Shown: positions 45,426-54,242 of the stretch, in pieces
Layout of the letters: each line of letters starts with the position of its first letter
Numbering within the stretch: position 1 is the first letter of the stretch
Position numbers and translations under genes: made by a program
Notes under the pieces: model-generated
The model's database searches: none
Told to the model about the DNA's origin: nothing
Seen by the model: the letters and a program-made list of their open reading frames with translations, nothing else
NCBI GenBank assembly: GCA_036834865.1
Contig: DAITNC010000002.1
Location: 1 to 63,021 of the forward strand
DNA: 63,021 nt
Source of the DNA: Candidatus Limnocylindrales bacterium
GTDB taxonomy: Bacteria; Chloroflexota; Limnocylindria; Limnocylindrales; CSP1-4
Direction of reading: 5' to 3'

Positions 45426-46027
45426 GGAACGGCGGGACTCGGCCTCGCGTCGCCGTTCCCGACCGGGGCCGGGTAGGTGGGCGTGGGCAGGATCCCGAAC
45501 GTCGAGAGTGGCCAGTAGCGCAGCCAGGCGCGACCGATGACCGCGCTCTTCTCGATCGGCCCGAACGAACGGGAGTCTGCAGACGCGGCCCGGTGGTCGC
45601 CCATCACGAAGAGCTGCCCCGGACCGACCGTCCAGGTGGCGGGCTCCGCCTGGGCCGTCGTGGGCTGGTTGTCGTACGTGTAGGGCTCGACCAGGGCGGT
45701 GCCGTTGACCCAGACCTGGCCGTCCTTGACAACGATGACGTCGCCGGCCACGCCGATCACGCGCTTGATGAACGGCGTCCCCGCGGTGCCCTCCACCCAG
45801 GCGGGAGGCGGCTGGAAGACCACGACATCACCGCGGCTGTAGTCGTCGAAGCGCGGCGTCAGCTTGTCCACCAGGACGTACTGATCCGGCTCGAGCGTGT
45901 GCTCCATCGACATCTGCTCGACGCGGTAGGGTTGGGCCACGAAGGTCTGGATGACGAAGAAGATGAGGAGCGTCAGGACGAGCGTCTCGACGATCTCGAA
46001 GAGGCACCCGACGGGGCGTTTTGTCAC
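45422..46027 (-). CDS. lepB: Signal peptidase I
   Basis: N-terminal TM helix, SMEHTL (catalytic Ser box), GDVVVF, IKRVIGVAGD (Lys box) and VMGDHRAASADSR are present. Confidence 0.9.
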   Translation of the reverse strand: MTKRPVGCLFEIVETLVLTLLIFFVIQTFVAQPYRVEQMSMEHTLEPDQYVLVDKLTPRFDDYSRGDVVVFQPPPAWVEGTAGTPFIKRVIGVAGDVIVVKDGQVWVNGTALVEPYTYDNQPTTAQAEPATWTVGPGQLFVMGDHRAASADSRSFGPIEKSAVIGRAWLRYWPLSTFGILPTPTYPAPVGNGDARPSPAVP

Positions 46028-46179
46028 AAGACCGGCAGTATAGGGGCTGGCGTCGGCCGACGCCCCACGTGCCGACCCGGCGTGACTACTCGGTGGAGCA
46101 CTGGCTGGCGGCCTGCGCGGTGCTCCTCGTGGCCTGACAGGCGGGAACCGCGGTGTCGGCTCGACGCTTTGTGCAGTCG

Positions 46180-46213
46180 GGACCGCATATCGTGCCGTCC
46201 GGACCGCATATCG
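46180..46213. promoter_or_regulatory. 13-bp perfect direct repeat GGACCGCATATCG x2, 21-bp phasing, immediately upstream of the hppA -35
   Basis: Copies lie at 46180-46192 and 46201-46213. The second ends 16 nt before the TTGACC at 46230. Confidence 0.5.
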
Positions 46214-46229
46214 CGGGCCGGTATGCAGA

Positions 46230-46259
46230 TTGACCCTCGCACCAGCCGGACGCTATCCT
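46230..46259 (+). promoter_or_regulatory. Candidate sigma70-type promoter of hppA
   Basis: TTGACC (46230-35), an 18-nt spacer, then TATCCT (46254-59). This would give a leader of about 130 nt to the GTG at 46398. Confidence 0.4.
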
Positions 46260-46397
46260 CAGCGCGCCTGTCCGCAGTCCCAGCCCCGCCGCCGCGGCGA
46301 GGCGCAAGCCCAGGCGAGCCAGGCCATCCTCGTCCCCGGCGCGACGGACGCGCTCGAGCGGACGCCCGCGCCCCGACAGGGAGGTTTCGCACCAGCC

Positions 46398-48623
46398 GTG
46401 GACCCCAGCTCGCTCCAGCTCATCATCCTGCCGGCCGGGCTCATTGCCGTGGCCTTCGCCCTCTTCCTGGCCCGCGACGTGCTGCGGCGCGACACCGGCA
46501 CGAAGGAGATGGAGGCGGTCGCGGCCACCATCTTCGAGGGGGCCGTCGCGTTCATCCGCCGCCAGTACTCGACGATCGCGATCCTCGCGGTCGTCGCGGC
46601 GGTCGGGCTCGCGGTGCTCATTTCGGTGGCCGAGACGGCGAACGTCGCCGACACGAGCGTGTTCGGAGCGGAGCTCGGCATCCGCACCGGGATCGCGTTC
46701 CTCGTCGGGGCGGCGTGCTCGATGGCGTCCGGCATCATCGGCATGTTCATCAGCGTGAAGGCGAACGTCCGGACGGCGGCGGCGGCCCGGCGCAGCCTCG
46801 TCGAGGCGGTCCAGGTCGCGATGCGCGGCGGCGCCGTTTCCGGCTTCCTCGTGGTCTCGCTCTCGCTCCTGGGCGTCTACCTCATGTTCGTCGCGTTCGG
46901 CGGCCTCAACGCCGAGACCGTCAACCAGGCGCCGTTCCTGATCGTCGGCTACGGGTTCGGCGCCAGCTTCGTCGCGCTCTTCGCGCAGCTCGGCGGCGGG
47001 ATCTACACGAAGGCGGCCGACGTCGGCTCGGACCTCGTCGGCAAGGTGGAGAAGGGCATCCCCGAGGACGACCCGCGGAACGCGGGCGTCATCGCCGACC
47101 TGGTGGGCGACAACGTGGGCGACTGCGCGGGGCGCGGCGCCGACCTCTTCGAGTCCACGGCCGCCGAGAACATCGGCGCGATGATCCTGGGCGTGGGCGT
47201 CTACCTGGTTGCCCAGAAGTCGGGCTGGCCGCATCCGGAAACCTGGATCTTCTTCCCGCTGGTCGTCCGTTCCTTCGGGTTGCTCTCCACGATCATCGCG
47301 ATGTACTTCGTCCGCGGCCGCGAGGACGAGAACCCGATGAACATCCTGAACCGCGGGTACTGGGTCACGACCATCCTGTCGGTCGCCTCGCTGGCCTTCG
47401 TCACGAACGTGATGATGCAGACCGGCACCCAGAGCGGCGCGAACGGCATCCCGACGTGGATCTGGTTCTTCGGGGCCGGCGTCGTCGGCCTCGCCACCAG
47501 CGTTGCCTTCGTCTACATCACGCAGTACTACACGGCGGGGACCTTCCGGCCGGTGAAGGAGATCGCCGAGGCCAGCAAGACCGGGCCGGCCACGAACATC
47601 ATCATCGGCACCGCGGTCGGCTACGAGACGACCTTCGTGACCGCGATCACGATCGGTATCGCGCTCTTCGCCAGCCACTGGCTCGGCTCGCAGGCAGGCC
47701 TGACCGACGCCTCGGGCCGCAACGTCGGCGGCATCTTCGGGACGGCGGTGGCGACGATGGGGATGCTCATGACCACCGCCTACATCCTGGCGATGGACAC
47801 GTTCGGCCCCATCACCGACAACGCCGGCGGCATCGCCGAGTTCAGCGGTGCCGAGGCGCACGCCCGCGAGATCACCGACCGCCTCGACGCCGTCGGCAAC
47901 ACGACCAAGGCGCTCACGAAGGGCTACGCCATCGCGTCCGCGTCGCTGGCCGCCTTCCTCCTGTTCAACGCCTACATCGACAAGGTCAACCTCATCCTCG
48001 GCCGGCAGATCACCGCCGGCAAGCAGGGTGTCAGCCTGATGACGTCGGTGAACCTCGAGAACGTCAACGTGTTCATCGCGGCGCTCATCGCCTCGATGCT
48101 CGTCTACTTCTTCAGCTCGCTGGCCATCCGGGCGGTGGGCAAGACGGCCGGCGCGATCATCTTCGAGGTGCGGCGGCAGTTCCGGGAGATGCCCGGGATC
48201 ATGACCTACGAGCAGAAGCCCGACTACGCCCGCGTCGTGGACATCACGACCCGGGCTGCGCTCCGCGAGATGGTCGCGCCCGGCCTGGTCGCGGTCGCCA
48301 CTCCCATCGCCGTCGGCCTGCTCCTGGGCTACGAAGCCGTCGCCGGCATGCTCATGGTCGGCACCATCGCGGGCGTCCTCCTGGCCACCGTCCTCAACAA
48401 CGGGGGCGGAGCCTGGGACAACGCCAAGAAGTACATCGAGTCGGGCCACCTGAAGGACGACAAGGGCAACGTCCTGGGCAAGGGCTCGGACGCGCACGCC
48501 GCTGCCGTCGTGGGCGACACGGTGGGTGACCCATTCAAGGACACCGCCGGGCCCTCGCTCCACGTGCTCGTGAAGCTGCTGGCCACCATCACGCTCGTCC
48601 TCGCCCCGCTCTTCATCCGCTAG
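46398..48623 (+). CDS. hppA: Membrane-bound proton/sodium-translocating pyrophosphatase
   Basis: Motifs GGGIYTKAADVGSDLVGKVE, DDPRNAGVIADLVGDNVGDCAGRGADLFES, GPITDNAGGIAE, GGAWDNAKKYIE and DTVGDPFKDTAGPS are present. The GTG start at 46398 is tentative. Confidence 0.9.
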   Translation: MDPSSLQLIILPAGLIAVAFALFLARDVLRRDTGTKEMEAVAATIFEGAVAFIRRQYSTIAILAVVAAVGLAVLISVAETANVADTSVFGAELGIRTGIAFLVGAACSMASGIIGMFISVKANVRTAAAARRSLVEAVQVAMRGGAVSGFLVVSLSLLGVYLMFVAFGGLNAETVNQAPFLIVGYGFGASFVALFAQLGGGIYTKAADVGSDLVGKVEKGIPEDDPRNAGVIADLVGDNVGDCAGRGADLFESTAAENIGAMILGVGVYLVAQKSGWPHPETWIFFPLVVRSFGLLSTIIAMYFVRGREDENPMNILNRGYWVTTILSVASLAFVTNVMMQTGTQSGANGIPTWIWFFGAGVVGLATSVAFVYITQYYTAGTFRPVKEIAEASKTGPATNIIIGTAVGYETTFVTAITIGIALFASHWLGSQAGLTDASGRNVGGIFGTAVATMGMLMTTAYILAMDTFGPITDNAGGIAEFSGAEAHAREITDRLDAVGNTTKALTKGYAIASASLAAFLLFNAYIDKVNLILGRQITAGKQGVSLMTSVNLENVNVFIAALIASMLVYFFSSLAIRAVGKTAGAIIFEVRRQFREMPGIMTYEQKPDYARVVDITTRAALREMVAPGLVAVATPIAVGLLLGYEAVAGMLMVGTIAGVLLATVLNNGGGAWDNAKKYIESGHLKDDKGNVLGKGSDAHAAAVVGDTVGDPFKDTAGPSLHVLVKLLATITLVLAPLFIR

Positions 48624-48626
48624 ATC

Positions 48627-48671
48627 GGAGGCAGCCAGGCGGGCCGGGCCCTCTCGGGCCGGCTCGCCTCC
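48627..48671 (+). terminator. GC-rich stem-loop right after the hppA stop (no U-tail)
   Basis: GGAGGC (48627-32) pairs with GCCTCC (48666-71). Inner pairings are AGCC/GGCT and GGCCC-tctc-GGGCC. It ends 8 nt before the uppP ATG, so it could equally be an RNA processing or translation element. Confidence 0.3.
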
Positions 48672-48678
48672 ACGTTCC

Positions 48679-49506
48679 ATGGCCATCATCTTCCAGGCAC
48701 TCGTCATCGGGATCGTGCAGGGGCTGACCGAGTTCCTGCCCATCTCCTCGTCCGGGCACCTCATCCTGGTGCCCTACGTGCTGGGCTGGACGGACCCGTT
48801 CATCAACTCGCTGGCGTTCTCGGTGATGCTCCACATGGGGACGCTCGTGGCTCTGCTCGTCTACTTCTGGCGCGACTGGGCGCGCCTCGTGCCGGCCGGG
48901 CTGGCAGCGCTCCGGGACCGCTCGTTCCAGGGCGACCCGGATCGCCGGATGGCCTGGCTGATCGCCGCGACGCTCCCGCCGGCCGTCGTGCTGGGCGTGC
49001 TGCTCAGCGACTTCTTCGAGGAGAAGGTGCGCCAGCCCCTCCTCGTTGCCGCCATGCTCGTGGTGGGGGCGGCGATCCTCTGGCTGGCTGATCGGGCCGG
49101 GCGGAAGTCCGAGCCAATCGAACGCCTCGGATTCCGCGGCGCGTTCGGGATCGGCTGCGCCCAGGCCCTGGCCCTGGTGCCCGGGATCAGCCGGTCCGGG
49201 ATCAGCATCAGCGCCGGCCTCGGCCTGGGCCTGACGCGCGAGGCCGCGACCCGGTTCAGCTTCCTGATGGCGACGCCGGTGATCGCGGGCGCCGGGCTCT
49301 TCGAGCTCAAGAAGCTCGTTTCCGGCCAGGTCGCCACCGACGTCAACGCGGGTGCGATCGCGATCGGGTTCCTGGCTGCGGTCGTCGCGGGATTCGCCGC
49401 GATCCACGTCCTCCTCCGGTTTGTCCGGGGCCACCCGATGACCGTCTTCGTCGTGTACCGGATCCTCCTCGCGGCCCTCGTCGCCGGCGTGGTCCTCTCG
49501 GCCTGA
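48679..49506 (+). CDS. uppP: Undecaprenyl-diphosphate phosphatase
   Basis: GIVQGLTEFLPISSSGHLIL and PGISRSGISI are present, with 8 TM helices. Confidence 0.9.
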   Translation: MAIIFQALVIGIVQGLTEFLPISSSGHLILVPYVLGWTDPFINSLAFSVMLHMGTLVALLVYFWRDWARLVPAGLAALRDRSFQGDPDRRMAWLIAATLPPAVVLGVLLSDFFEEKVRQPLLVAAMLVVGAAILWLADRAGRKSEPIERLGFRGAFGIGCAQALALVPGISRSGISISAGLGLGLTREAATRFSFLMATPVIAGAGLFELKKLVSGQVATDVNAGAIAIGFLAAVVAGFAAIHVLLRFVRGHPMTVFVVYRILLAALVAGVVLSA

Positions 49507-49534
49507 CGCGACACGCGGGCACCCGTTGGAAGTC

Positions 49535-49993
49535 ATGAAGCAGCTCCGCCAGCGGGCAATCCGCGACCTCGTCGCGCAGCGCCCGGTGCGTACCCAGCAG
49601 GAGCTGGCCGTGGCGCTGCAGGAGCGCGGTTTCCGGGCGACGCAGGCCACGATCAGCCGCGACATCGCCGAGCTCCAGCTGGTGAAGGTCGGCGGCGAGG
49701 GCGTGGCCGTCTATGCCCTGCCCGCCCGCCTGGCGGAGGCCGACCCGACCGGCGAGGAGCGGCTCCGGCGCCTCTTCCGGGACATCCCCGTGGAGCTCCG
49801 CGAAGCAGGCCTGCTCCTCGTCCTCGTCACGCTGCCCGGGTCGGCCCACGCGATCGCGGCGGCGCTCGATCGCGCGCGCTGGCCGGAGGTGGCCGGCACG
49901 ATCGCCGGCGACGACACGCTCTTCGTCGCGTGCGCGGACCGGCGTGCGCTCGCGCGACTCCGCGGCCGGCTGGAACGCCTGGCCGCGGGATAG
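49535..49993 (+). CDS. argR: Arginine repressor
   Basis: MKQLRQRAIRDLVAQRPVRTQQELAVALQERGFRATQATISRDIAELQLVK is a winged helix. The C-terminal GTIAGDDTLFV is the oligomerisation/arginine-binding motif. The ORF-track TTG is at 49526. Confidence 0.85.
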   Translation: MKQLRQRAIRDLVAQRPVRTQQELAVALQERGFRATQATISRDIAELQLVKVGGEGVAVYALPARLAEADPTGEERLRRLFRDIPVELREAGLLLVLVTLPGSAHAIAAALDRARWPEVAGTIAGDDTLFVACADRRALARLRGRLERLAAG

Positions 49994-49999
49994 GCGGGG

Positions 50000-50389
50000 A
50001 TGTCCGCGCCTCGACCCGCCGCGTCTTCCGCCGGCCCGTACACACTGCACATGCTGCCCGCGGAGCGTTGGGCGGCCTGGCGTGATGGCTCCCCTGACGC
50101 CAGCTACGAGGCCGAGGGATTCGCGGCCGACGGCTTCGTCCACTGCACGGACGGGGAGGAGGAGATGGTCGCGACTGCGAACCGCCACTACCGAGCAGAT
50201 CCCCGGGCGTTCGTCGTGCTGGAGCTGGACCTCGCCGCGGTCGGCGCACCGTGGCGGTACGACGACCCGGGCCGGCGCTACCCACACGTCTACGGGCCGC
50301 TGGCGCGAGCGGGGGTCCGGTCCGCGGCGGCACTCCTCCGAGCGCCCGACGGGACATTCCTGGCGTTCGGTGAGCGTCGGGAGGCGTGA
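50000..50389 (+). CDS. DUF952 domain protein
   Basis: GFVHCTDGEEEMVATANRHY..FVVLELDL..YPHVYGPL matches the DUF952 pattern as I remember it. Confidence 0.65.
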   Translation: MSAPRPAASSAGPYTLHMLPAERWAAWRDGSPDASYEAEGFAADGFVHCTDGEEEMVATANRHYRADPRAFVVLELDLAAVGAPWRYDDPGRRYPHVYGPLARAGVRSAAALLRAPDGTFLAFGERREA

Positions 50390-50408
50390 TCCGGGTCGGC
50401 GCGTCACT

Positions 50409-50438
50409 TTGACACCCCGCGCGGGCGGGGGCTATCAT
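50409..50438 (+). promoter_or_regulatory. Candidate sigma70-type promoter of greA
   Basis: TTGACA (50409-14), an 18-nt spacer, then TATCAT (50433-38), 124 nt upstream of the greA GTG. Confidence 0.45.
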
Positions 50439-50561
50439 CCGCACTCGACCGGACTTCGGGCGCGCCGACACCGCGAGGCAGACGCCCGGGGTTCTTTCAT
50501 ATGCGGGACATCACACGCCGGACGGGCGGACCCGCCCGGTCGCCAGAGGTTCGATCCCTCC

Positions 50562-51026
50562 GTGAACACGAAGCCAACCTACCTCTCGCGCGAGGGCGAG
50601 GCCAGCCTGCGCCAGGAGCTCGACGACCTCGTCAACGTGCGCCGCGCCGAGGTTGCCGCCCGCATCCACGACGCGAAGCAGCACGGCGACCTTTCCGAGA
50701 ACGCGGAGTACGAAGAGGCGAAGAACGAGCAGGCGTTCGTCGAGGGCCGGATCCAGACGCTCGAGGGCATGCTCAAGACCGCGGTGATCATCGAGCACTC
50801 GGGCTCGGACCACGCCTCGCTCGGCTCGACGGTGACCGTCGAGAGCCTCGACGGCCCGGAGACCTTCTCGATCGTCGGCTCCGCCGAGGCGCGTCCCGAG
50901 GACGGCAAGATCTCCAACGAGTCGCCGGTCGGGCGCGCGCTGCTCGGGCGCAAGGCCGGCGAGCGGATCACGGTCCGGCTGCCGAACGGGACCGACTTCA
51001 CCTACACGATCAAGAAGATCAGCTGA
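50562..51026 (+). CDS. greA: Transcription elongation factor GreA
   Basis: From GTG at 50562: VNTKPTYLSREGEASLRQELDDL..RAEVAARIHDAKQHGDLSENAEYEEAKNEQAFVEGRI..NESPVGRALLGRKAGE. Confidence 0.9.
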   Translation: MNTKPTYLSREGEASLRQELDDLVNVRRAEVAARIHDAKQHGDLSENAEYEEAKNEQAFVEGRIQTLEGMLKTAVIIEHSGSDHASLGSTVTVESLDGPETFSIVGSAEARPEDGKISNESPVGRALLGRKAGERITVRLPNGTDFTYTIKKIS

Positions 51027-51103
51027 GCGCCCGCCCCGAGGCGTTGGGACGAGCGGCCGGCGCGGCCCCCGCTCCGGCGATCGAAAGGCCAGGGACGCAC
51101 GCG

Positions 51104-52756
51104 ATGTACTGGGCCGACGAGCTGGCATCCGCCGCCGACGGGCCGCAGGTCGTCAATGACTCGAAGACGCCCTCGGGAACGGTCCACGTCGGGAGCCTCC
51201 GCGGGCCCGTCGTCCTCGATGTCATCACCCGGGCGCTCCGTGACCGTGGCGTCCCGACGACGCTCCTTTACGGCGTCGACGACCTGGACCCGATGGACGC
51301 CCAGGCGCTCCTGACCCCGGACGCCGTGGAACGCGAGATGGGCCGCCCGCTCTCGCAGGTTCCCGACCAGGTCGGCGACTGTCACGCCTCGTACGCCCGC
51401 CACCACGCCCAGATCTTCATCGACATCTTCGACGGCCTGGGGATCCGCCCGGACCGCTACTACTGGATGAGCGACATCTACCCCACGGGCCGGATGGACC
51501 CGTTCATCCGGACCGCCCTGGACCGCGCCGACGTCGTCCGCGACCTCTACCGCCGCGTCTCGAAGGTCGAACGGCCCGCCGGCTGGCTCCCGGTGAGCGT
51601 CGTCTGCCCCGTCTGCGGCAAGGTGGGCACGACGCTCGCCCGCGACTGGGACGGCGCCACGGTCGCCTTCGAGTGCCTGCCGGACTACGTGACCTGGGCG
51701 CGCGGTTGTGGAACGGCCGGGCGGATCGCCCCGTTCGGGGGTGCTGCCAAGCTTCCGTGGAACCTGGAATGGGCGGCGCAATGGTCGCTGTTCGGCGTGA
51801 CGATCGAGCCCTGCGGCAAGGACCTCGCGACAGCGGGCGGGTCGCGCGACCGCTCCGACGCCCTGGCCCGCGAGGTCTTCGACCGGGAGCCGCCGCTCAA
51901 CCTGCCCTACGAGTTCCTCAACATCGGCGGGCGCAAGATGTCCACGAGCAAGGGGCGCGGCGCCGCCGCGCACCAGGTCGTCGAGGTCCTCCCGCCGGAG
52001 CAGCTGCGGCTCCTCTTCCTCCGGCCGCGCCCGAACCAGGCCATCGAGTTCGACCCTGACGGCACGGACGCCATCCCCCGCGTCTTCGACGAGTTCGACC
52101 GGCTTGCAGCCGCGGCCGCCGGCCGCGAGGTCAAGGGCGAGCTCCCGCCGGACGCCGACCGGATCTTCCGCTACTCGCTCCTGGACGCGGCCGCGGACCC
52201 GGCCGCGGAGGCAGGCCGCTACCGGCCGGCGTTCGGGCACCTGGCGCTGCTCGAGCAGATCCCCGGCGTCGACGTGGCGGCGCGGGTGGCCGCGGAGAAG
52301 GGGAGCGGCCTGGCGCCCCAGGAGATCCGGATCCTCGAGGAGCGGCGCGCGGCCGTCCGCGGCTGGCTGGACGCCTATGCCCCGCAGCAGGCCAGGATCC
52401 AGGTTCGCCGGGAGGGCCTCCCGCCCGAGGCAGCGGCGCTCGGCGAGGACCAGCGCGCCTGGCTCGGTGCCCTGGCCCTCGCGGCCGGGGACGCGCCACC
52501 GCGGTCCGGGGACGCGTGGCAGACGCTGATCTTCCAGGTTGCGTCGGCGGCAGCTCTGCCGGCGGGCCGCGCGTTCGGCGCCGTCTACATGGCGTTCCTG
52601 GGCCGCACGAACGGGCCGCGGGCGGGCTGGCTCCTGGCAAGCCTGGAGACGGGCTTCGTCGTGGCGCGCCTGCGTGCCGCGGCGGGCTGGCGCGATCATG
52701 CGGAGGACGCGCCCGGCGCGACCGGGGCGCACGGGACGGCGGAGGCGGCGGGATGA
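51104..52756 (+). CDS. lysK: Lysine--tRNA ligase, class I (archaeal-type)
   Basis: MYWADELA..SKTPSGTVHVGSLRGPV is the class I LysRS HIGH-region equivalent. CPVCGK is a zinc knuckle. GGRKMSTSKG is the KMSKS motif. Confidence 0.85.
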   Translation: MYWADELASAADGPQVVNDSKTPSGTVHVGSLRGPVVLDVITRALRDRGVPTTLLYGVDDLDPMDAQALLTPDAVEREMGRPLSQVPDQVGDCHASYARHHAQIFIDIFDGLGIRPDRYYWMSDIYPTGRMDPFIRTALDRADVVRDLYRRVSKVERPAGWLPVSVVCPVCGKVGTTLARDWDGATVAFECLPDYVTWARGCGTAGRIAPFGGAAKLPWNLEWAAQWSLFGVTIEPCGKDLATAGGSRDRSDALAREVFDREPPLNLPYEFLNIGGRKMSTSKGRGAAAHQVVEVLPPEQLRLLFLRPRPNQAIEFDPDGTDAIPRVFDEFDRLAAAAAGREVKGELPPDADRIFRYSLLDAAADPAAEAGRYRPAFGHLALLEQIPGVDVAARVAAEKGSGLAPQEIRILEERRAAVRGWLDAYAPQQARIQVRREGLPPEAAALGEDQRAWLGALALAAGDAPPRSGDAWQTLIFQVASAAALPAGRAFGAVYMAFLGRTNGPRAGWLLASLETGFVVARLRAAAGWRDHAEDAPGATGAHGTAEAAG

Positions 52757-54066
52757 GCGTGGGTGTGCAGCGGCTCCGGGACGAACCCGAGGTCATCCGG
52801 CAGGGAGCCCTGGACAAGGGCGAGGACGCCACGCTCGTGGACGCCGCGCTGGCGCTCGATGCCCGCCGACGGGAGCTTCTCGGCGAGGCCGACGCGCGCA
52901 AGCAGGAGCGGAATGCCGCCTCGAAGCAGGTCGGCGAGGCGATCAAGGGCGGCGCCGCCCCGGACGGCCCCGAGGTCGCGTCCCTGCGCGCCGTGTCGGT
53001 CGCGGCAGGCGAGCGGATCGCGGCGCTGGACGCGCAGATCGGGCGCGTGGAGGCCGAGCTGGAGGATGCGCTCCTGCGGATCCCGAACCCGGCCGACCCT
53101 GACGTGCCGGTCGGCGACGCGAGCGCAAACCTGGTCGTCCGGACGTGGGGCGAGCCGCTGCCGAGGGCCGTCCCCGCCGCGGCCCCCTGGGAGCGCCGGC
53201 CCCACTGGGAGGTCGCCGAGCGGCTGGGCATCTTCGAGCTGGAGCGCGGCGCGAAGATCGCGGGCTCGGGGTTCCCCGTCTACCGCGGCGCGGGGGCCGG
53301 GATGCAGCGCGCCCTGATCGACTTCTTCCTGACTGTCCACACGCGCGAGAACGGCTTCACCGAGATCTGGCCTCCGGCCGTGGTCAACGCGGCGTCCGCC
53401 CGGGGCACCGGCCAGATCCCGGACAAGGAAGACCAGATGTACGTCGTGACGCGCGACGAGCTCTACCTGGTCCCCACGGCCGAGGTCCCGGTCACGAACC
53501 TCCACCGCGACGAGATCTTCGAGTTCGGCGAGCTGCCTGTCCGCTACGCGGCCTACACGCCCTGCTTCCGCCGGGAGGCCGGCGCCGCAGGCAAGGACAC
53601 GCGCGGGATCCTGCGCGTCCACCAGTTCGACAAGGTCGAGATGGTGCTCTTCGAGAAGCCGGACGCCTCCGCCGAGGCGCTTGACTGGATGGTCGGGCGC
53701 GCGGAGGATCTCCTGCGCCGGCTCGGGCTGGCGTACCGGGTCCTCCTCATGGCGACGGGGGACATGGGCTTCGTGCAGGCGAAGAAGTACGACCTGGAGG
53801 TCTGGGCGCCCGGGGTGGAGCGCTGGCTGGAGGTCTCCTCCTGCTCGAACTTCCGCGACTACCAGGCGCGCCGGATGGCGATCCGCCACCGACCCGCCCC
53901 GGGCGCCCGGCCCGAGCTGGTCCACACCCTGAACGGGTCGGGCCTCGCGCTCGCCCGCGTCGTGGCCGCGATCCTCGAGACCTACCAGGAGCCCGACGGC
54001 AGCGTCCGCGTACCCGAGCCGCTTCGGGCCTCCCTGGGAACGGACGTCCTGCGCCCGACCGCGTGA
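52753..54066 (+). CDS. serS: Serine--tRNA ligase
   Basis: N-terminal coiled-coil. Class II motifs FRRE.G..G.DTRGILRVHQFDKVE, SSCSNFRDYQARR and LNGSGLA are present. The ATG overlaps the lysK stop (ATGA 52753-56). Confidence 0.9.
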   Translation: MSVGVQRLRDEPEVIRQGALDKGEDATLVDAALALDARRRELLGEADARKQERNAASKQVGEAIKGGAAPDGPEVASLRAVSVAAGERIAALDAQIGRVEAELEDALLRIPNPADPDVPVGDASANLVVRTWGEPLPRAVPAAAPWERRPHWEVAERLGIFELERGAKIAGSGFPVYRGAGAGMQRALIDFFLTVHTRENGFTEIWPPAVVNAASARGTGQIPDKEDQMYVVTRDELYLVPTAEVPVTNLHRDEIFEFGELPVRYAAYTPCFRREAGAAGKDTRGILRVHQFDKVEMVLFEKPDASAEALDWMVGRAEDLLRRLGLAYRVLLMATGDMGFVQAKKYDLEVWAPGVERWLEVSSCSNFRDYQARRMAIRHRPAPGARPELVHTLNGSGLALARVVAAILETYQEPDGSVRVPEPLRASLGTDVLRPTA

Positions 54067-54242
54067 CGGCGCCGGAGCGCCGCCGCCGCCCTGATGGCGA
54101 CCCCCGGGACCATAGTGCCGGGGGGACCCGGACCTGCGAGCCGTGGAGCGCCGGCGTGGCGCCGCCCATCCTTGGCGCATCACCGTCCGCCGTCCCGCCA
54201 GGGCCGGCACCTCCCCTCGCTCCTCCGAGTGCCAAGCTCCTC

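Noticed and set aside
54063-54242. 60-codon in-frame extension upstream of the glucosaminidase gene, overlapping the serS stop.
   Set aside because: The composition is Pro/Arg/Gly-rich. The signal-anchor sequence begins right after the ATG at 54243.
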